Source: Synechococcales cyanobacterium VAR_4_metabat_354 (GTDB lineage: Bacteria > Cyanobacteriota > Cyanobacteriia > Cyanobacteriales > Chamaesiphonaceae). From it: a stretch of DNA of 64,000 nt. The stretch covers positions 32,001 to 96,000 of the forward strand of contig JANOQI010000041.1 in NCBI GenBank assembly GCA_031414775.1, given 5' to 3'. Below the pieces are notes generated by a model, which was given only the letters and a program-made list of their open reading frames with translations, did no database searches and was not told the origin of the DNA. Of this stretch, positions 37,672-47,727 are shown piece by piece; position 1 is the stretch's first letter, and the number at the start of each line of letters is the position of its first letter. The translations under genes were made by a program, and so were the position numbers.

Positions 37672-40600
37672 ATGCAAACTGGCTCTCGTCGATATGTTAT
37701 CTCTCCCATAGCATCAGAAGAATTCTGGCGACAACTATTGCATGGCTGTCCCGCGCCGATGCAGTTATCGGGAATAGAGAATCCGCAATTTCAGACTTCT
37801 TCCGTTAGTACTCAATCAATTCAGCTGTCCACCGCTAGTACTTTAGTATTGCAAAACTTTGCCCACACCCATCAGGTGCATTTGCGGACGCTAGTCCATG
37901 GAGCCTGGGCCTTGTTGCTGAGCCGTTACAGTGACGAAGCTGATGTGGTTTTTGGTGAACTACGAATTTGTGGGCAATCCGTCCTGCACAGTGATCAGGA
38001 TCTAACAGCTAATGCTTTCATCAATGCTTTACCGGTGAGGATTCAGGTGTCTGCTGAGCAAGTATTATTACCTTGGTTGCAGCAGTTAGAGGCCGATTGG
38101 CTGGCTGTTCAGGATCATGCCCACCTTCCTCTCGCTACCATTCAAGAATGGAGTGGCATCACCGAAACAGCTTTGTTTGAGAGTTTGGTGATCTTTGACG
38201 ATGGAGAGCTATCTATGGCCTTAATGCAACCCAGCATAACTGGGCAAGAGCTATCGGCTCAATCACAATATCCGCTCACTTTGCTGGTTCAAGCTGATGC
38301 CACAATAGATCTGTCAATTTCTTATAACTGTAGTCAGTTTGGTGCTGAATCGATCGATCGGTTGTTAGGACATCTCCAAACTCTATTGCAGAGTTTTGTC
38401 GTTGATCCGCAACAGCTGTTGGTAGCCGTGCCCTTGACCACAGCCACCGAACGCCACCAGTTATTAGTAGAGTGGAATCAAACTACTGCTGATTATCCCC
38501 GCGACCAGTGCCTTCATCAGCTATTTGAAGAACAGGTATCCCTTACCCCGAATGCCATCGCCCTGGTTTTTGAACAACAACGCATTACTTACCAAGATCT
38601 CAATCAGCGAGCTAATCAGCTGGCACATCACCTGCAATCTTTGGGAGTTGCTCCAGATGTATTGGTCGGAATTTGTGTAGAACGTTCGGTGGAAATGGTC
38701 GTGGGACTACTCGGTATCTTGAAAGCTGGTGGAGCTTATGTTCCTCTCGATCCAGCTTTTCCTCTAGAACGCCTTTCTTACATGCTCTCAGATTCCCAAC
38801 TGACGATTTTAGTAGCTCATCAAGCTTTAGTGCCGCTCTTTCCTGAGTATCAAGCCCAAGTAGTACGCATAGATACTGACTGGGCAAGTATCTCTCAGAT
38901 GAGTACTCAAAATCCCAGTAGTGTTGTAAATGTGGACCATTTAGCTTACATACTTTACACTTCCGGATCTACTGGTAAACCTAAAGGAGTTCAAATTCAG
39001 CATGGATCTACTACAAATTTCTTAAGCTCTATGAAGCTTCAGCCTGGCTTGACGGAGCAAGATATTCTAGTGGCTATTACAACTATCTCTTTCGATATTG
39101 CGGTTTTAGAACTATACCTGCCTTTGTTGGTTGGTGCGCAGGTAGTTTTGGCCAGCCGAGAAGTAGCAGTAGATGGCATCAGATTATGGCAGTTGCTTGA
39201 AGAATCTGGTGCTACCTTTATGCAATCGACCCCCGCTACTTGGCAGTTGTTGTTAGCAGTAGGTTGGACTGGTCACTCTTCGTTCAAAATTCTTTGCGGT
39301 GGTGAAGCCCTGTCCCCACAGCTAGCTAATCAGTTGGTGGGCAGATCCTCTGCTGTCTGGAATATGTATGGTCCCACTGAAGCTACTGTTTGGGCTACTA
39401 TCCATGAAATCAAAGTTTCCGATCAAATTATTGATGCTCATCGATCAGCTATCTCGGTGGGTAAACCAATCGCTAATACCCAAATCTATATTCTCGATCC
39501 CTTTCTGAAACCCGTGCCAATTGGTTTGAGAGGTGAGCTATACATCGGTGGTGTACAGCTCGCCAGAGGCTACCTAAATCTACCGAACTTGACCGCCGAG
39601 AAGTTTATTCCTGATCCCTTTAGCCGTCAACCTCACTCCCGCCTTTACCGAACTGGTGATTTGGCTCGATATCTTCCTAATGGTGATATTGAGTACATTG
39701 GTCGTATTGATAATCAAGCTAAGATTCGGGGCTATCGCATCGAACTTGGTGAAATTGAAGTTTTGCTCGCTACCCATCCAGCCATTCGTCAAAATGCTGT
39801 AATTGTGAGGGAAGACTTGCCCGGCGATAAGCGTCTTGTAGCTTACTTTGTTGTTCATGAGCAGCAGACTGCCACTATTCAAGACGTTCGTGATTTTCTT
39901 TCTCAACAATTGCCTGCCTACATGATGCCTACAGCTTTTGTTATCTTAGATGTGATGCCGCTCACTCCCAATAACAAAATTGATCGCCGTTCTTTGCCCG
40001 TTCCTACCATTGAACGATCACAATTAATAGCAGCTTTTGCAGAACCTAGAAATCAGTTGGAGAAAACAATTGTCCAGATCTGGCAACAGGTTCTGGGAGT
40101 TGACAAAATTGGGATTCATGACAACTTCTTTGAGTTAGGAGGTAATTCCTTAATTGCCGTTCAATTACTCACCAAATTAGGGAATGAGCTGGGGCAAAAT
40201 CTGTTCGTCACCACTTTTTTGAATGCCCAGACGATCTCACAATTAGCAGCGGTGCTACAAGCTCAAGATCAAGCCGTCTCTTTCTCTTGGTCATCGTTAG
40301 TACCTATTCAAACTGATGGCGATAAACCTCCCCTATTCTTGATCCATGCTGTTTGGGGGAACGTCTTGTTCTATCGCAAATTAGTGAATTATTTAGAACC
40401 AGACCAACCAGTTTATGGATTGCAAGCCCAAGGGCTAGATGGAGAAGAAACACCGAGTACTTCTATCCCCGAAATGGCTACTAAATACATTCAGGAAATC
40501 CAAAAAGTCCAGCCCGCAGGTCCTTACTATCTAGGTGGATTTTCTCTTGGGGCAGAAATAGCTTTTGAAATAACTCAACAACTACTTGCTCAAGATCAAA

Positions 40601-41130
40601 AAACTGCTTTGCTAGTAATTTTAGATAGTACTGCGCCTAAGTTCTGGCCAGTAGATACAGAGGGAGTTCAAGTCAGTGATCCTCAAAGTTGGCAAACGCA
40701 ATATCTTCAGGATTTGTTGCCATTGACATGGCCAAAACGTTTAGAGTATGTTCAAGAAAAAATGCAGTGGCACTTTACGGTAGGGAAGTTGGGCTTTCTC
40801 TATCGTAGCTATTTACAGCATATCAAGCACTCCTTGCCAGATTTATACTTACTGCAAGTTCATTTTGCTAATAACCAAGCAAGTAATGAATATGTAGCAT
40901 CAGTATATCCAGGGCATATAAATCTTTTCCTTTGCCCGGGCAATTTGTCTAGTAACAGCCCTGGCTTGGGCTGGGAAAAATTGGCATTGGGTGGATTAAC
41001 GATTTCTCCGGTACCCGGCTCTCACACTACCATCATGGAAGAGCCCTTTGTGAGAGACCTGGCAGCACAACTTACGCCGGTTCTTCAAAAAGCGCAATTA
41101 GCAACTGTAGCCCAGCAGTTAAACAGTTAA
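37672..41130 (+). CDS. Standalone single-module NRPS (partial C, A, T, TE)
   Basis: A-domain motifs YTSGSTGKPKG, YGPTE, YRTGDL and PNNKIDR; carrier DNFFELGGNSL; TE GFSLG and GSHTTIM. N-terminus retains only the latter part of a condensation domain. Confidence 0.9.
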   Translation: MQTGSRRYVISPIASEEFWRQLLHGCPAPMQLSGIENPQFQTSSVSTQSIQLSTASTLVLQNFAHTHQVHLRTLVHGAWALLLSRYSDEADVVFGELRICGQSVLHSDQDLTANAFINALPVRIQVSAEQVLLPWLQQLEADWLAVQDHAHLPLATIQEWSGITETALFESLVIFDDGELSMALMQPSITGQELSAQSQYPLTLLVQADATIDLSISYNCSQFGAESIDRLLGHLQTLLQSFVVDPQQLLVAVPLTTATERHQLLVEWNQTTADYPRDQCLHQLFEEQVSLTPNAIALVFEQQRITYQDLNQRANQLAHHLQSLGVAPDVLVGICVERSVEMVVGLLGILKAGGAYVPLDPAFPLERLSYMLSDSQLTILVAHQALVPLFPEYQAQVVRIDTDWASISQMSTQNPSSVVNVDHLAYILYTSGSTGKPKGVQIQHGSTTNFLSSMKLQPGLTEQDILVAITTISFDIAVLELYLPLLVGAQVVLASREVAVDGIRLWQLLEESGATFMQSTPATWQLLLAVGWTGHSSFKILCGGEALSPQLANQLVGRSSAVWNMYGPTEATVWATIHEIKVSDQIIDAHRSAISVGKPIANTQIYILDPFLKPVPIGLRGELYIGGVQLARGYLNLPNLTAEKFIPDPFSRQPHSRLYRTGDLARYLPNGDIEYIGRIDNQAKIRGYRIELGEIEVLLATHPAIRQNAVIVREDLPGDKRLVAYFVVHEQQTATIQDVRDFLSQQLPAYMMPTAFVILDVMPLTPNNKIDRRSLPVPTIERSQLIAAFAEPRNQLEKTIVQIWQQVLGVDKIGIHDNFFELGGNSLIAVQLLTKLGNELGQNLFVTTFLNAQTISQLAAVLQAQDQAVSFSWSSLVPIQTDGDKPPLFLIHAVWGNVLFYRKLVNYLEPDQPVYGLQAQGLDGEETPSTSIPEMATKYIQEIQKVQPAGPYYLGGFSLGAEIAFEITQQLLAQDQKTALLVILDSTAPKFWPVDTEGVQVSDPQSWQTQYLQDLLPLTWPKRLEYVQEKMQWHFTVGKLGFLYRSYLQHIKHSLPDLYLLQVHFANNQASNEYVASVYPGHINLFLCPGNLSSNSPGLGWEKLALGGLTISPVPGSHTTIMEEPFVRDLAAQLTPVLQKAQLATVAQQLNS

Positions 41131-41199
41131 TCGGGTTGTTATCTCGTCCCTAACCAGAATTTTGTGTATGATAAAGTTGCTGAAACTGAACATATCACT

Positions 41200-41388
41200 A
41201 TGAGTACTGCCGAAAAACCACCAGATTCTTCGATCGATATCGACCAAAAATCAGCTGATCCCGCCTTTGGCTGGACAAAATATGCCGAACAAATCAATGG
41301 ACGCTTTGCAATGGCTGGCTTTGTCTTGCTGATTGTCCTAGAGTTTTTTACTAAGCAAGACATCATTACCTGGCTAGGATTGCGCTAG
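41200..41388 (+). CDS. hli: High-light-inducible protein (HLIP/SCP)
   Basis: FGWTKYAEQINGRFAMAGF chlorophyll-binding ExxNGRxAM helix. Confidence 0.92.
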   Translation: MSTAEKPPDSSIDIDQKSADPAFGWTKYAEQINGRFAMAGFVLLIVLEFFTKQDIITWLGLR

Positions 41389-41391
41389 TAA

Positions 41392-42471
41392 CTATAGCGC
41401 TCCTAATGCGCGAATTTTATAGCTACCACCACCACGTTGGCCATTAGCAGCTAAGACCAAGTAGTTTCCTGAGATCGGCAGCCGACCCTGCAAAGTTGCC
41501 AGAGTTCGTCCATCACCACCAGTTTCAGCAATCAACTTGCCTTTGGGGGAGAGCAAAATTAAGCCCGGTTTTATTTCTCGACTAGAAATGTCAATTCTGA
41601 TTCGCTGCCCCGCAACGCCCCGAAAAACATAGAGGTTGACATAACTATTGCTAGTCGGCAACATGAGATCACCACTACCCAGGCGAGCGGAAATAACCTG
41701 TCCAGTGAGTGGCAACTGTTGCACCTTAATTTTTTGCTGAGGGCGACGGGTGCTCGTATTACCTTGAGCTAAGGTACTTTTTACATTCCCCTGTTGATAA
41801 GCAGTGAGAAAAGATTGCACTCGATCGATCGAAATGGCAAATCCAATGCCAATATTGCCCGGGTTTTGGCCGCTAGCATAGATAGCAGTATTGACACCGA
41901 GCAGCTCACCATTACTATTTAGCAAAGGACCGCCCGAATTTCCCGGATTAATCGCTGCATCGGTTTGAATCAAACCTTCCTTTCGATCGATCCGACTGAC
42001 AATACCCGTCGTGAAAGTACCCTGAAACTTCCCAAAGGGATTACCAATCGCAAAAGCCCGCTGACCAACACGGGCTTTACCACTAGCAATTTTTATGGTC
42101 GGCAGACCTTTAGCTCCATCCAGCTTAATAAGAGCCAAATCTAAGCCATCATTGGCAAACCCGACAACTCTACCAGTAAACTGGCTTCGATCGGCCAGGG
42201 ATACCTGCACTGATTGTCCCTGTGACCCTTCTACAACGTGAGCATTAGTCAAAACTAGACCATCGGCACTAATGATACTGCCACTCCCCACCGCCCGGCC
42301 AACCTGAATCGAGACTACTGCCGCACTAGCTTTTTCGTATACCTGGATATTAGTTTTTTCTTCATTGTCTACAGCACTTGCTGTTAGGCATATTCCAGGG
42401 ACAGCTCCCAGCGTGATACTGATTGCCAATGGCCAAACCAGGAAGCGGTGCAGAGCAGATATTTTAGACAT
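41392..42471 (-). CDS. Secreted trypsin-like (HtrA/Deg-related) serine protease with C-terminal PPC-like domain
   Basis: TNAHVV, DLAL and QTDAAINPGNSGGPL; signal peptide; no evident PDZ domain. Confidence 0.85.
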   Translation of the reverse strand: MSKISALHRFLVWPLAISITLGAVPGICLTASAVDNEEKTNIQVYEKASAAVVSIQVGRAVGSGSIISADGLVLTNAHVVEGSQGQSVQVSLADRSQFTGRVVGFANDGLDLALIKLDGAKGLPTIKIASGKARVGQRAFAIGNPFGKFQGTFTTGIVSRIDRKEGLIQTDAAINPGNSGGPLLNSNGELLGVNTAIYASGQNPGNIGIGFAISIDRVQSFLTAYQQGNVKSTLAQGNTSTRRPQQKIKVQQLPLTGQVISARLGSGDLMLPTSNSYVNLYVFRGVAGQRIRIDISSREIKPGLILLSPKGKLIAETGGDGRTLATLQGRLPISGNYLVLAANGQRGGGSYKIRALGAL

Positions 42472-42504
42472 ACCAGTGGGCAAAACCCTTTGAATTGATT
42501 GTAA

Positions 42505-43311
42505 TTAGTACTGATCAGGAAATTGGATGGGCTGTTCCCCATTGGTAGGTGGTGATGGCTCAATTGGCTCATACTCTACGTAGGCACTAGACTTGGCGGC
42601 TGGCTCATCAGCAGAATCTTCGATACTGGAGCGCCGCCGATTTTTGGTTGGTGCTGTTGCTTCGTCATTATTATTAGAGCGCCGACTCCGACGAGATCTG
42701 TCGGCTGGTGGACGTTCTGAGCTACTGGAGTCACTACGCCGACCATATTCACGCGGTGCTGATGTCTGATAATCAGAATATTCGTCTTGGCGACGGGGTA
42801 AGTCATCTACTTGATTGGCGCGTCGAAATTCGGGCAACATCCGTCCGTTATCGCGCACTGGCTGGTCAAAATCATCATCATAATTATTCCACTGCTCTTG
42901 TCGATCGCTATTTAATCGCCGCGATGAATTGCGCACTGGCGGGGCATACTCTGGTTCTTCGTCGATTTTGGCTGCATAGCCAGAGCGTCGTGCAACTGGC
43001 TCGCGGCCGCTACTGGCTCGTCCGCCCATGCTGCCACCACCTTTGAGCTTTTTATTTTCGGCCCTGACCTGGATGTATTGCCACATCAACGTTATGACAC
43101 TGCCAATCATCAACATTTGCTGAAAAGACATGCCAATACCCAAACTTAGGTCTGTCAGTAATAGCAGACCACAGACTATGCCGATCACCGCATAAATATT
43201 ATCTGATTCTTGGTGCAATTCGGGCTTTAATTTACTGGTGAGAAAAAGGCTCACTGATGCCACCACCAAAATCAGTCCAAATAACAAGGGAGCGGGAATG
43301 CCAAAATTCAC
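42505..43311 (-). CDS. ycf66: Ycf66 family protein
   Basis: N-terminal TM domain (KPELHQESD...FQQML) with an R/D/E-rich low-complexity tail; lies next to psbX. Confidence 0.75.
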   Translation of the reverse strand: MNFGIPAPLLFGLILVVASVSLFLTSKLKPELHQESDNIYAVIGIVCGLLLLTDLSLGIGMSFQQMLMIGSVITLMWQYIQVRAENKKLKGGGSMGGRASSGREPVARRSGYAAKIDEEPEYAPPVRNSSRRLNSDRQEQWNNYDDDFDQPVRDNGRMLPEFRRANQVDDLPRRQDEYSDYQTSAPREYGRRSDSSSSERPPADRSRRSRRSNNNDEATAPTKNRRRSSIEDSADEPAAKSSAYVEYEPIEPSPPTNGEQPIQFPDQY

Positions 43312-43530
43312 AGTTAGATCCTCAGATAGTTAGCTTCGTTCTCAGAGCAGCTTGATGGCACCACCAAGTAGAACATCTTATGGCAAGTTTACTGGACTAG
43401 ATATAATTACTTCTATTTTAACACTGCTAACAGCCTGCCATCTTGTGATTCAGTACTAGCCAACAGCAAAAAACCTTAGCGGGCAAGAAGATACCACCAC
43501 CAAGGTTGAAATCATATAATGATTTAGATA

Positions 43531-43650
43531 TTAAAACCGTTGAATTCTGTCTTTCTGGCTAATGAAAATTAGAGCGATGGTCGCAGGTACCACTATCACT
43601 AATCCGCCTACTAGCAAGCTGTAAAAGAAATTGGCTAAGGAGGGAGTCAT
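43531..43650 (-). CDS. psbX: Photosystem II reaction centre protein X (not in ORF track)
   Basis: [39 protein letters not shown] (39 aa). Confidence 0.93.
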   Translation of the reverse strand: MTPSLANFFYSLLVGGLVIVVPATIALIFISQKDRIQRF

Positions 43651-43778
43651 AATATTATCCTTAATATTCAGCAAAAATAGTTTTTCTTAATTCTAGCCAC
43701 TTACCGGGTTTCAGGCAATAGCTCCATTGTATATTGTCGCATCTATAATAGGAATTATTCAAGATCCTGCAATAATTT

Positions 43779-44072
43779 ATGATCGACCCTAGTAGTATTC
43801 TTCGCTTGGCCTTGGGCATCACTTTAGGCTTGTTTATCCTGCTCTTTATTGTCCGTATTGTCCTAACTTGGTATCCCCAAGTCGAAACTAGCAAGTTTCC
43901 GTTTAATTTAGCCGTTGCTCCCACTGAGCTAGCACTAGTGATTACTCGCAAGTTCATACCGCCGATCGGAGGAGTCGATATTACCCCAATTGTGTGGGTG
44001 GCGATTGTTGCATTTGTGCGGGAAGTACTGCTCGGTCAGCAGGGTCTAATTACCATGATGAGCCGCCACTAA
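43779..44072 (+). CDS. YggT family membrane protein
   Basis: RIVLTWYP and PTE...RKFIPPIGGVDITPIVW. Confidence 0.88.
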   Translation: MIDPSSILRLALGITLGLFILLFIVRIVLTWYPQVETSKFPFNLAVAPTELALVITRKFIPPIGGVDITPIVWVAIVAFVREVLLGQQGLITMMSRH

Positions 44073-44100
44073 AAAAGACGGGGTATGCATACCCCGTCTT
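44071..44100. terminator. Palindromic terminator between convergent yggT and desA
   Basis: Perfect 26-bp palindrome AAGACGGGGTATGCATACCCCGTCTT (44075-44100) preceded by an A-tract. Confidence 0.8.
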
Positions 44101-44129
44101 CGATAATTAAATAGCTTAATAGATAAGAA

Positions 44130-45209
44130 TTATCGATTAGCAGTTTTGAACTCACCAAAAGACATATAAATGTCCTCTGTATCGTACAAATGACATTCTT
44201 CAGTGATTTCTTTCATCAGCTCCCAATTAAAAGTTCTGGCCTGGAGATCATAATGACCCCACTTGTCTCTAATGATTTGAGTGGCTGCCCGTAGATTGTA
44301 AGAAGGAATAGCGGTGGAAATATGATGAGGCAAGTGTACGTTGATATCGTGACACAACACCTCCACCCATTGTGGATAGTCGCAATGAACAGTGCCAGTT
44401 AGCTGGGCGATCGCTTCGTTCCATTCGCCTTCTGGCGCAAAGGGGATGTTACGAGCAGTATGGTGTACTACCGTGAAAGTACTCATCCAGAAGTGATATA
44501 CCAACCAAGGAATCAACCAAAACTTAACTAAGCCCCACCAACCAGTGGTAATGGTTAAAACTGTCAAACCAATGCCACCGCCAATAATGACAAATAAAGT
44601 TGAAAAGCGCATTTGCTGACGCTCTTTGCCTGTGCAGCGAGTCCAGTCAAAGTTAACTAGTGCCCAGTGGAAGATAGAACCAGTCCACCACAGCTTGCCC
44701 CGAATGGAGTGATAGACAGCCTTCATCCCAATATTTAAGTCTTGGTAGACTTCTTGTTTCCAAGGTTGCCAGGCGTTGTCAATATCGAGCTTGTTAGTGT
44801 GCTTATGGTGTAGGTTGTGACCAATGCGCCAGCCGTGGAAAGGATAAATTAGAGGCAAAAAGGTTAAGTGACCAACTAAGTTGTTCACCCATTTTTTGTT
44901 GGAAAAAGACCGATGGCCACAGTCATGACCAAGCACAAAAAAACCGGTGAGAGCAGTACCGGTGAATATCCAAGCAAATGGTAATAGATAAAATGGTGCA
45001 TAGGCGAGAGCGACGTAACCCAACGCCACCATCACAATACTCAAAGCCACTTGATTCCAGGCTTTGCGACTATCTTTTAAAAATAATTCTCGAGGGAGAG
45101 TGTTCAGGATATCTCTTAATTTTAGATCGGCGGCTGCGATAGATTCTGTTGCCAGCGGAGCTATTGAGGGTTTAAGCGTGGCTTGAGGTTGATTGAGCGA
45201 TAGAGTCAT
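44130..45209 (-). CDS. desA: Delta-12 acyl-lipid desaturase
   Basis: His boxes HDCGH, HNLHH and HLPHH; YHFWMSTFTVVHHT; IPSYNLR. Confidence 0.92.
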   Translation of the reverse strand: MTLSLNQPQATLKPSIAPLATESIAAADLKLRDILNTLPRELFLKDSRKAWNQVALSIVMVALGYVALAYAPFYLLPFAWIFTGTALTGFFVLGHDCGHRSFSNKKWVNNLVGHLTFLPLIYPFHGWRIGHNLHHKHTNKLDIDNAWQPWKQEVYQDLNIGMKAVYHSIRGKLWWTGSIFHWALVNFDWTRCTGKERQQMRFSTLFVIIGGGIGLTVLTITTGWWGLVKFWLIPWLVYHFWMSTFTVVHHTARNIPFAPEGEWNEAIAQLTGTVHCDYPQWVEVLCHDINVHLPHHISTAIPSYNLRAATQIIRDKWGHYDLQARTFNWELMKEITEECHLYDTEDIYMSFGEFKTANR

Positions 45210-45377
45210 TGAATGTGTGGGTTCTCCAAATTTTTTAAATCGGGGATCAATGCTGATCGGGAAAGTAAAATACTGCTATCGCCGCAATTGATCGCAGCCA
45301 AAACATTAAGTTTCTTAACAAGTATCACTTATAACTTTATCAGAAGTGGCGGAAAAATGGCTGTAAATCTTTGCTGA

Positions 45378-45407
45378 AAAGGCGATCAGGTAATACTGAT
45401 CGCCTTT
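45378..45407. terminator. 12-bp hairpin upstream of desA (terminator-like)
   Basis: AAAGGCGATCAG-gtaata-CTGATCGCCTTT. Confidence 0.5.
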
Positions 45408-45714
45408 ATTTTATGAGAAAGTCCATCTAGACTAGTTGCTGGTCAAATTGTGGCGAGATTGAAGCTGCTCTAGCAAGTTTTCTATCTCAGATTGCAAATT
45501 CAAAAATCTAACTTGTTGATCAGTGGAGTATAAAGCTTTATTTAGGCGGCTGATTAAAGTTGGATCGGCATTTACCACTGGCTGCTCTAGGGTAGATATG
45601 TTATTCAGCATATTTCAAGTAATTATTTATATTTCTTAATCATATTCTATTGCGTGCTTTTAGAGATGAATTCCTGAGTAGTTTAGTCAGGAGCATCCTC
45701 TTTGCGGCGATATC

Positions 45715-47127
45715 CTAGCTGGGACGCTCTAGTTGGCGGTTTAGTTCCTGCTTGATGCGGTTCATGATTGAGTCTTCATCGATCGTGGCTAAAATCTCTT
45801 TCACTACGGTTTTGGGACTGTGTTCGCTCCAGCTAGCCCCGTTGGCCAGGTAAGTTTTGGCGACCTGACCAATGCTGTAAGTTGCGACTCCGGCCATGGT
45901 GGCCTGAGCGACGGCCACTGCTGTGTAGGGAGCGATCGATAGCCCGCCTGTCACCGGTGCCGCGATGCCCAGTAACCCTTTCAAGCCACTTAGCCCTAAG
46001 GTAACTAACACTTCGCCGGTAGCAATCCCGCCCATCCCTAACAGAATAGTCTGGAACAGCTTGGCTGCACCCTGTTTGGTCAGGGGCAAGTCGTAGATCT
46101 TGGATAGGTTCACGATCATGGCCACATCGATCGCTGCCCCAGCCAGTAGATCTAGAGCCGTGACTGGATTTAAGGCTACTGCTACGGCCTTGGCCATCAC
46201 CGCTTGCCAAATGCGATCGTTCGCAATTCGATCGCGACTGGTCATTTTGCAGCTAATCACTTTTTCTTGGAGCCGATTGGCCGAAATCATCGAGTTCAAG
46301 GCCACCAAGGATTTTCCTTCTTGGTATAAAACTTGCAGAATTTTAGATTTGAGTTCTGCAATTCGGGGCTGTCCCCGCTCGGTGACTACCTGTTGCTGAC
46401 CATCGGGCTGGGTAATCAACCTGTCGATCAGTGGGGCAGCTGCTACCATCACGACTTCCTCGGCGCTCAATAGCTCACGCACCCGCTCATTGCAGATTTT
46501 TTGATAGATGGCTTGTCGATCGATCTCCGAATATTGGTCAATTTTATTGAATACCAGCAGCATCGGTTTGCCTACTTCCCGGAGTTGCTGCAAGGCTGAT
46601 CGTTCAATTTCGGTGACATCCCCAGAGATCACAAACAAAATTAAATCGGCTTGTTGGGCAACTTCCCAGGCAATGTTGGCATGTTGGGTACCACTGACTT
46701 CATCGATGCCGGGAGTATCAAAGAATTCTACCTGTTCATTGACTACTGTCGGTAGATCTAGGCCCCATTCATCTTGCCATTCGGCGACTTGCCAGGTTAC
46801 CCAGTCAGCTTTGGTGGTCACGCCGTGAATGGCACCAGTCACAAAGGCATCTTGACCTAATAAGGCATTTAAAATCGAAGATTTACCGCGCCCGACCATG
46901 CCAAAGGCGGCAATTTGAATGGCATCGCGATCAAGTCGGCTCAGCCAGGTTTCTAGCTCCTCTAATTCCTCAGCTAGTTTAGCTCGCTCCCTGTGACTGA
47001 GGTCGTTGCGCTCTAACATGAGGCGTAAGCTCTGCTGCGCTCGATCGCGATTAATTTGGGCTTGCATGCCCGCGAAGCCTTCAAGAGTTTGATCTAAATC
47101 ATCCGGCAATTCATGTTCTGGAGACAT
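45715..47127 (-). CDS. Era-like GTP-binding protein with C-terminal DUF697 domain
   Basis: GMVGRGKS, DTPG and NKID motifs; C-terminal AVALNP...D...M..L..IY helices. Confidence 0.85.
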   Translation of the reverse strand: MSPEHELPDDLDQTLEGFAGMQAQINRDRAQQSLRLMLERNDLSHRERAKLAEELEELETWLSRLDRDAIQIAAFGMVGRGKSSILNALLGQDAFVTGAIHGVTTKADWVTWQVAEWQDEWGLDLPTVVNEQVEFFDTPGIDEVSGTQHANIAWEVAQQADLILFVISGDVTEIERSALQQLREVGKPMLLVFNKIDQYSEIDRQAIYQKICNERVRELLSAEEVVMVAAAPLIDRLITQPDGQQQVVTERGQPRIAELKSKILQVLYQEGKSLVALNSMISANRLQEKVISCKMTSRDRIANDRIWQAVMAKAVAVALNPVTALDLLAGAAIDVAMIVNLSKIYDLPLTKQGAAKLFQTILLGMGGIATGEVLVTLGLSGLKGLLGIAAPVTGGLSIAPYTAVAVAQATMAGVATYSIGQVAKTYLANGASWSEHSPKTVVKEILATIDEDSIMNRIKQELNRQLERPS

Positions 47128-47190
47128 AGGACACAACGAAATTGACAGTTAAAATTATGGTGCCACTTCAACTTTACTCATTAATTTACT

Positions 47191-47679
47191 ATGCCTGCTT
47201 GGATTAGCTCCGAAACGATAGATTGGACTCAAATTATCTTAAACAGCTATCGTAGATTGTTGGGCAAAGATTTAATCCTTGATCGATCAATTAGTCCTGG
47301 TGAGCAAGCCCATGCCCTCGATCGTGCCCCTCGGGTAGTAGTTTCCCACGGCACTGAAGCTGACCCGATCTTGAACTATGGCAACCACCTGGCTCTCAGC
47401 CTATGGGAAATGAGTTGGGTAGAACTAACCACCACCCCTTCGCGGTTAACCGCTGAGCCAGTCAATCGGGAAGTGCGGCAGCAAATGTTGCTGCAGGTGG
47501 AAAGTCAAGGCTTTATTGATAATTATCAAGGGGTCAGAATTTCCAAAAGTGGCCAAAGATTTATGATCAAGAAAACGATCATCTGGAATCTGGCTGATTT
47601 GACTGGTAATTATTGCGGCCAAGCCGCCACCTTTGACCAGTGGCAATATATTGACAGGCCGAACAAAAAGTCCCCCTGA
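47191..47679 (+). CDS. MEKHLA domain protein
   Basis: VVVSHGTEADPILNYGN, PSRLTAEP, YQGVRISKSGQRF and GQAATF. Confidence 0.88.
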   Translation: MPAWISSETIDWTQIILNSYRRLLGKDLILDRSISPGEQAHALDRAPRVVVSHGTEADPILNYGNHLALSLWEMSWVELTTTPSRLTAEPVNREVRQQMLLQVESQGFIDNYQGVRISKSGQRFMIKKTIIWNLADLTGNYCGQAATFDQWQYIDRPNKKSP

Positions 47680-47727
47680 TGATTATCCTTAGACAGCAGG
47701 AAGACGGGAATGAGAACTATGATTTCA

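Noticed and set aside
43661..43957. 98-aa minus-strand ORF
   Set aside because: Antisense to the YggT gene, with no recognisable motif.
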